From Atribacteraceae bacterium (GTDB taxonomy: Bacteria > Atribacterota > Atribacteria > Atribacterales > Atribacteraceae), in contig DATIKP010000078.1 in assembly GCA_035477455.1 (NCBI GenBank), positions 1 to 11,850 on the forward strand: a stretch of 11,850 bases of DNA, read 5' to 3'. Position 1 is the first letter of the stretch, and every line of letters starts with the position of its first letter. The notes under the pieces were generated by a model that was not told the DNA's origin, ran no database searches, and saw only the letters and a list, made by a program, of their open reading frames with translations. Below are positions 6,503 to 11,850 of this stretch, piece by piece. Made by a program: the position numbers and the translations under genes.

Positions 6503-7277
6503 TACTTATTGCAGTAGAATCAAGATATGATCTAAACGGATCAAGAGAAAAGTCTTAACAAAATATCTTTTCTATGTTATCTTTGAATTAAGTGGTAAGC
6601 TTTTGGAGTTTTTTGATGGCTACAACCACAACAAAAGGTTGAAGAAAATAGATACCTCGCCTTTACAGGCGGGAAGTGCCCGCTAGATTAAATTATAAAA
6701 CACAGCGGAATACCTAAAAGAAACCAAAGATATAGTCTTACAACGTATCGTTATCTAACAATTATAAATGAATACCATATCAATCACCGGGATTTTTGTG
6801 CGAACCGGTTGTATTATGCGGTTTTTTATGCCGTCAGTGCCGCGTTGACCAACCGGAACCAGCACTAGCGGAAAACTTTAGAATCCGGGTTGCATTTCAG
6901 CGAGAATTTGTTAAAACTAATTTATTCTCCTCTTATGGCGGAATTATACGACGCATTACTTTGTGACCGTGAAGAAGCCGATACATGGTTTATTCGGAAT
7001 TCGATCCAAAAATTTTGCAGGAGGAATCGACTCAATTTAAAGAGTTCCTTAATGTTTTTCTTTTCAAGAGTCAGTACAAAAAGAAGAGCATTCAAAAAAA
7101 ATATTTGTAAGAGGTGAATTTAAGCCTCCGGTATGTTTATAGTGGATAACGGGGAAAAGGAGAACATTGATCGCCGTTCCATGACTACTTCTCTCTTGTT
7201 GACTTGATCATTAATTTTAGGGGGCCAGTCAGATGATGGGTCAAAACTACTAGCGGGTGAGACGGTGAAGGAGCAAA

Positions 7278-10271
7278 ATGCGTAAGGGAGAGAGTTTCAG
7301 CGATATTCTCATTCAAGCCCTGCCGGTCTTCTTCGTCGCTATCGATGTCGATGGCAAGACGATGATGATGAATGAGGCGATGCGAAACGCGCTCGGCTAT
7401 ACCGTTAATGAGGTGTTAGGAAAGGATTATCTGACGAATTTCGTCCCCCAGAGTGACCGCGGATCGCTCTCCCAAATATTCGAAAAACTGGCAGGTTCGC
7501 GCGAGCCGATGGTAAACGAGAATCGTGTGCTGACCAGGGACGGCCGAGAACTTCTCGTCGAATGGCATGGCCGGCCGATCTTCACCGAAGAAGGCGAATA
7601 CGACTTCTTCTACGGGATAGGGATCGACATCACCGAACGGAAGCGGAACCAGAGGAAGATCGCGCACCTTAACCTTGCACTGCGCGCCATCAGTAACGTC
7701 AACCAGTTCATCGTCACCGAGAAGGAGCGCGATCGACTGGTACAGGGTGTCTGCGACAGGCTCAGCGAGGCGCACGGCTATCATACCGCCTGGATCGGTC
7801 TACTCAATGAAGAAAAAGGCCTTATTACGGTAGGACAGTCCCCCTCAAGCCAGGAGTCCATAGCGCCGACCGCCCATCTGCTGCGCGGTCGGTTGCCGAT
7901 CTGCGCCCAGAAGGCACTGGCGCAACCTGGAGTCCAGGTAAGCGCAGAGCCACATGCAGAGTGTGCTGGCTGTTCTCTGTCCGGCACGCATCGTGGTCGG
8001 GGAGTGATGGCCATCCGGTTGGAACATGCGGGAAAGGTCTACGGAATGCTCACTGCGTCCATCCCCGCCGATTTCATTTTCGATAAGGAAGAGTACGAAC
8101 TATTCGCTGAAGTCGCGCTGGACATCGCGTTTGCCCTGAGCAACATCGAGCTGGAAGCTAAGCGCCAGCAGGCTGAGGAAGCCCTCACCCGCAAGGTGCA
8201 AGAGCTGGATGCCCTTAACGCAGCCTCGCAGGTGGTGAACGCCTCTCTCGATCTGGATCAGGTGTTGGGAAAGATCGTGTCGCTGGCGAAAGAGGCGGTG
8301 GGCGCCGATTACACCAGCATCCTGCTGGTCGATGAAAAAAGCGGCACGGTGCGTAGCTTTGAGAATTTTCCAGATGTACCGTCAATCGAGGATCGCGCTC
8401 AGGAGCATGGCCTTACCCGTCTGGTCATGGGCACAGGACAGATGGTGATCGTCGATGAGATCGGTGAGGACGGTACGATTGTCCCGGAACTGGGTGCCGG
8501 GGTGCCGCGCCTGGTCAATCCGCATATGGTGGGGACAAATATCAAGTCGGTAGCCTATCTGCCGCTAACCGGCAAGGCCGGTTCGATTGGAGTCCTCCAC
8601 CTGCGCAACCTGCGGCCGCAAGCATTTCGTGGTCAAGAAACGCTGCTGACCACCTTTGCCAATCAGGCGGCTATTGCCGTAGAGAACGCACGGCTGTACG
8701 AGACGGTCTCCCGGGAACTCACCGAGCGCAAGCGAGCGGAGGAGGCGTTGCGGAAGAGCGAAAGACGTCTTCGGACAATGAACAGGGTGCTTGCGAAGCT
8801 ATCGCGAAGTATGAAGATAAAAAACGGCGATCCGGGCGCCTTCCTGAAGGAGATTACCGAGGTTGCGGCCCGCACGCTCGAGGTTGAACGGGCCAGCATA
8901 TGGTTATACGATGAAAAAGGTATAAAGATTCAGTGCCTGGACCAGTATGAACTGGGTGCCGGAAGACATGCCCAGGGCTTCGAGCTGGTTCAGGCAGACT
9001 ATCCCGCTTACTTTCGGGCCTTGGAAGAGGAGCGCGCTATCGTGGCCGACAATGTACTCACCGACCCCCGAACCAGAGAACTTTCGGAGTCTTACCTTTT
9101 TCCTCACGGTATTACCTCCATACTCGATGCCCCGCTTCGGTTGGGCGGCCGAACGGTAGGGGTCATCGCTCATGAACATGTCGGGCCCGCTCGCCGGTGG
9201 ACGCCGGATGAGCAGAATTTCGCCGGATCGCTGGCGGATTTCGTCTCGCTGGCCATGGAAGCGCAGGAGCGCTGGCAAGCGGAGGAAGCGCTGGCGGAGT
9301 CGCAGTGGAAGATAGAGAACCTGAACAAGATAACCCGCCGCTTGGCGGTTTGCGCAACGGAAGATGAAGCCTATCGATTGACTATGGAGGCGGCGGAACG
9401 AATCCTGGGGTTCTTGCTCTGCTTCCTGGATATCGTGGAAGGAGACCGGATGGTGGTGAAAGCGACCTCATCGGAATTGCCTCCCGGGACGGCCGTGGAG
9501 AGGTCTCTGGCGGAGGATGAACTGGCGGCCAGGACCTACCATACCGGTAAAACGATTGTCTTTGGTAGTCCGGATGAGGTTCCCGAAGCCAGGCCGGCAA
9601 GGAAGGATTTCCGCTCGGGGATCTGCGCGCCGATTGGCGATATCGGGGTTTTTCAGGTCGTTGCCACGGATGTCGGTGCCTTTACCGAAGATGATGTACA
9701 CCGGCTTGAGCTTCTGCTCGGACAAACCGCCGAAGCGATCAAGCGGATTCGTCTGCAGAACGAACTGAGGGAACAGGCCATCCGCGATCCGTTGACCGGG
9801 GTCTACAACCGCCGCTACTTCACCCAGACAATCGAGCAGGAAGTCTCCCGCGCTGTGCGGCATAAGCGGCTGATCGCCTTCCTGATGATCGACGTCAACC
9901 GGTTTAAGGAGATAAACGATCGCTTCGGCCATCAGACCGGTGATCGCGTTCTGCAAGCGGTGGGAAGACTTCTTGCTCAGCAGGTGCGCGAGGAAGACAT
10001 CGTGGTCCGCTACGGCGGTGATGAATTCCTGATTGTTCTGCCCGAGACTGATGGCGGAGAGGTAGACACTGTAAAAAAGCGGATCGGTACAGCGATTGCC
10101 CGGATTAATGAAACGAGCAAGTTGATCGACTTTCCGGTTACCCTGTCGCTTGGTTGTGCTTACTGGAATCCGGGTGGCTCGGAATCGATCGAGGAAGTTC
10201 TGGCCTGGGCGGACCAGCGGATGTATGGGGAGAAACGGAAACAGGGTTCAGGCCATAGGTCAAAACCATGA
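7278..10271 (+). CDS. Multidomain diguanylate cyclase: PAS, Cys-containing GAF-like domain, three GAF domains and GGDEF (997 aa)
   Basis: SD GAAGGAG lies 4-5 nt before the ATG. The N-terminal PAS region covers about aa 8-125. A GAF-like domain of about aa 140-290 carries C159, C209 and the CAGC motif (C229/C232, nt 7962..7973). Classical GAF cores lie at about aa 310-480, 510-670 and 690-820, separated by coiled-coil linkers. The C-terminal GGDEF domain starts near aa 836 (RDPLTGVYNRRYF). The motif R-Y-G-G-D-E-F is at nt 10008..10028, and the I-site RxxD (REED) is at nt 9987..9998. Confidence 0.93.
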   Translation: MRKGESFSDILIQALPVFFVAIDVDGKTMMMNEAMRNALGYTVNEVLGKDYLTNFVPQSDRGSLSQIFEKLAGSREPMVNENRVLTRDGRELLVEWHGRPIFTEEGEYDFFYGIGIDITERKRNQRKIAHLNLALRAISNVNQFIVTEKERDRLVQGVCDRLSEAHGYHTAWIGLLNEEKGLITVGQSPSSQESIAPTAHLLRGRLPICAQKALAQPGVQVSAEPHAECAGCSLSGTHRGRGVMAIRLEHAGKVYGMLTASIPADFIFDKEEYELFAEVALDIAFALSNIELEAKRQQAEEALTRKVQELDALNAASQVVNASLDLDQVLGKIVSLAKEAVGADYTSILLVDEKSGTVRSFENFPDVPSIEDRAQEHGLTRLVMGTGQMVIVDEIGEDGTIVPELGAGVPRLVNPHMVGTNIKSVAYLPLTGKAGSIGVLHLRNLRPQAFRGQETLLTTFANQAAIAVENARLYETVSRELTERKRAEEALRKSERRLRTMNRVLAKLSRSMKIKNGDPGAFLKEITEVAARTLEVERASIWLYDEKGIKIQCLDQYELGAGRHAQGFELVQADYPAYFRALEEERAIVADNVLTDPRTRELSESYLFPHGITSILDAPLRLGGRTVGVIAHEHVGPARRWTPDEQNFAGSLADFVSLAMEAQERWQAEEALAESQWKIENLNKITRRLAVCATEDEAYRLTMEAAERILGFLLCFLDIVEGDRMVVKATSSELPPGTAVERSLAEDELAARTYHTGKTIVFGSPDEVPEARPARKDFRSGICAPIGDIGVFQVVATDVGAFTEDDVHRLELLLGQTAEAIKRIRLQNELREQAIRDPLTGVYNRRYFTQTIEQEVSRAVRHKRLIAFLMIDVNRFKEINDRFGHQTGDRVLQAVGRLLAQQVREEDIVVRYGGDEFLIVLPETDGGEVDTVKKRIGTAIARINETSKLIDFPVTLSLGCAYWNPGGSESIEEVLAWADQRMYGEKRKQGSGHRSKP

Positions 10272-10393
10272 GCGCTATTCTCATAAAAGTCCTGTCGGTA
10301 CCTTCGTCGCCGATCATGTCGATGGCAAGATGATAACGAGCTTACAGGCGCTTCGGCTGGCGCAGGCCAATAGGCGAGTGCACCAGCCATTAT

Positions 10394-10579
10394 TCATCCT
10401 GCATCTTTCGTCATTTTTATATTCTTTTTCCTTTGCTTTACGCATTCGGTTAAAAGGTATTCAATTTGCCCGTTGATGGAACGAAAGTCATCTTCCGCCC
10501 AAGCCGCCAATTCCTTCCAAAGAGAAAGCGACAACCGCAATAACAACTGCTTTTTATCTCTGTCGTCGTTGGGCATCAT
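10394..10579 (-). CDS. Ribbon-helix-helix (Arc/CopG/MetJ-like) DNA-binding protein, about 61 aa
   Basis: ..[41 protein letters not shown].. fits beta-strand plus two helices (compare RLPeELheaLkeaAeaegRSlNaEIvarLe). The ORF-track start at 10582 is TTG; the first ATG is at 10579. It lies 17 nt after the SPFH stop codon on the same strand. Confidence 0.65.
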   Translation of the reverse strand: MMPNDDRDKKQLLLRLSLSLWKELAAWAEDDFRSINGQIEYLLTECVKQRKKNIKMTKDAG

Positions 10580-10596
10580 CAAGGTTCTTCGTTTAA

Positions 10597-11616
10597 CTAT
10601 GAATACAAAGTACCACTGTTGACAATCGGCTGGACGTCCCGATTTCCGCAGAGGACCACGAGTAGATTACTGACCATTGCCGCCTTGCGTTCTTCGTCGA
10701 GCTTTACGATGCCGTTCTCACTCAGTTTGGTCAGTGCCATTTCCACCATACCCACCGCGCCTTCCACGATCAACTGCCGGGCATCGACTATGGCTGAAGC
10801 CTGCTGTCTTTGGAGCATGGCGGCGGCGATTTCCGGTGCGTAGGAAAGATGGGTAATGCGGGCCTCCATAACTTCCAGTCCGGCCATCTCCACTTTTTCC
10901 TGAATTTCTACCCGGAGTTTTTCCGCTACCTCCTGACTGCTGCCGCGTAAAGACATTTCACTGTCTTGGTCAGGTGTGTCGTAGGGATAGTTCCGAACTA
11001 TGTTACGCAGCGCGGAGTCACACTGTATGGAAAGAAACTCCTTGAAATTGTCGACATTAAATACCGCCTTGGCTGTGTTAACTACTTTCCAGATTACAAC
11101 CACCCCTATAATGATCGGGTTGCCCAGTTTGTCGTTTATTTTTTGCTGGTCATTGTTTAGCGTAATGGCTTTCAGCGAGATGACCTTACTCGGTGCGGAC
11201 AGGCGCTGAGCCTTGTCCAGTCCGGCCGACAGAATAGCGGTAGCAATGCCAGTCGTGGAAGCGGCCGGATTCAGGGCGCTGACAAAGGGATTGACAAAGA
11301 AAAACCCTTCGCGCTTAAGCGATCCGTAGTATTTTCCAAAAAGGGTCAAGACCAGCGCCTCATTAGGACGCAGTACTTTCAACCCGGCAAAGATGATGGA
11401 TCCGACAAATAGATAAGCAAGCCCTGCAACGATCAAAATGGTGCCAAGTGCGTTATCCCCGCCGGCTTCAAATCTCATAATCCCTCTAACCATTGCCGCG
11501 ACTGCGGCTCCCATGAGGATTATATTGAGGAGCAAAATGGGCATGCCGGCCATGGCTGGCGGGCGGATTTCCTCGTGATGCACCAGGCCTTCACGTACTA
11601 TGGCTTTTTCAGACAT
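10597..11616 (-). CDS. SPFH / band-7 (stomatin-prohibitin-flotillin-HflKC) domain membrane protein, about 339 aa. The start is called at ATG 11616; the ORF-track start 11622 is TTG.
   Basis: Two N-terminal hydrophobic helices ([38 protein letters not shown]) are followed by [30 protein letters not shown]... and a long SPFH-like core. Helical C-terminal segments follow ([26 protein letters not shown]...). The SD AGGAGA lies 9 nt upstream of ATG 11616. Confidence 0.85.
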   Translation of the reverse strand: MSEKAIVREGLVHHEEIRPPAMAGMPILLLNIILMGAAVAAMVRGIMRFEAGGDNALGTILIVAGLAYLFVGSIIFAGLKVLRPNEALVLTLFGKYYGSLKREGFFFVNPFVSALNPAASTTGIATAILSAGLDKAQRLSAPSKVISLKAITLNNDQQKINDKLGNPIIIGVVVIWKVVNTAKAVFNVDNFKEFLSIQCDSALRNIVRNYPYDTPDQDSEMSLRGSSQEVAEKLRVEIQEKVEMAGLEVMEARITHLSYAPEIAAAMLQRQQASAIVDARQLIVEGAVGMVEMALTKLSENGIVKLDEERKAAMVSNLLVVLCGNRDVQPIVNSGTLYS

Positions 11617-11801
11617 AATCAATCATCTCCTTACAATATGTATTTGATATTATAATAATATTATTTATATAGTATGATGGAGCCACATAATTGTCAAGTG
11701 TTTATTGCACAGGATGTAATTGCTGCGTACTCCGGAGCAAATCGCCCGGTGTTCCGGCCGAAGCCGGCCGCCTCCGGGTTTATGAGCAGCGTACGCTATC
11801 C

Positions 11802-11850
11802 ATGCACAAAATTAAAGAAGTCCTGCGCTTAAAGTATGATGGGGGGGTTA
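11802..11850 (+). mobile_element. N-terminal 16 codons of a probable IS21-family IstA-like transposase (MHKIKEVLRLKYDGGL...), truncated by the window end
   Basis: Hand-translated from ATG 11802. The pattern M-x-KI+E+LRL-x4-GLS is the N-terminal HTH start I associate with IS21-family IstA proteins. Only 48 nt are visible. Confidence 0.4.

Noticed and set aside
6890-7117. 75-aa ORF in the AT-rich region (MHFSENLLKLIYSPLMAELYDALLCDREEADTWF...KRRAFKKNICKR)
   Set aside because: No convincing RBS. Long ORFs arise easily in AT-rich DNA, and I recognised no domain. It could be a small basic protein, but the evidence is insufficient. It is flagged only as something to test with the RNA-seq or ribosome-profiling check.
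5838-7277. tRNA, rRNA or CRISPR array in the long non-coding interval
   Set aside because: No GTTCGAATC-type T-arm plus acceptor pairing was found. There are no regularly spaced direct repeats of 25-40 bp with unique spacers. Only the irregular repeats described in the findings were seen.
10150-10476. 108-aa plus-strand ORF spanning the end of the cyclase gene and the RHH gene
   Set aside because: It overlaps two better-supported genes on both strands, including the convergent 3' ends. It has no motif content.

Overview
The window is GC-rich bacterial DNA, apart from two AT-rich patches. The left 4.9 kb is a flagellar rod/ring operon on the minus strand, in the conserved order flgF-flgG-flgA-flgH-flgI plus a rod-binding (FlgJ N-domain-like) gene (4933 down to 101). 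Transcribed divergently from that operon is a coiled-coil plus PD-(D/E)XK-like protein, which as far as I recall belongs to the DUF3782-type family (5160..5837). The flagellar block and that gene are bracketed by a 56-bp near-perfect inverted repeat (1..56 and 6294..6349). The repeat has a 13-bp palindromic core, and a third partial copy sits at 6489..6502. Next comes a gene-free stretch of about 1.44 kb (5838..7277) that switches from GC-rich to AT-rich at about 6240. Then a 997-aa PAS / Cys-containing GAF-like / 3x GAF / GGDEF diguanylate cyclase with intact GGDEF and I-site motifs (7278..10271). The right end carries a lower-GC two-gene module on the minus strand: an SPFH/band-7 membrane protein followed by a small ribbon-helix-helix Arc/CopG-like protein. 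After an AT-rich promoter region, the window ends in the first 16 codons of what looks like an IS21-family IstA transposase. Both window edges fall in repetitive or mobile sequence, so these may be contig ends. No rRNA, tRNA or CRISPR array was seen. The candidates for something new are the inverted-repeat-bracketed flagellar/nuclease-like block, the SPFH-RHH module beside the IS, and the long AT-rich non-coding region. All domain calls rest on motif recognition by eye and need HMM or BLAST confirmation.
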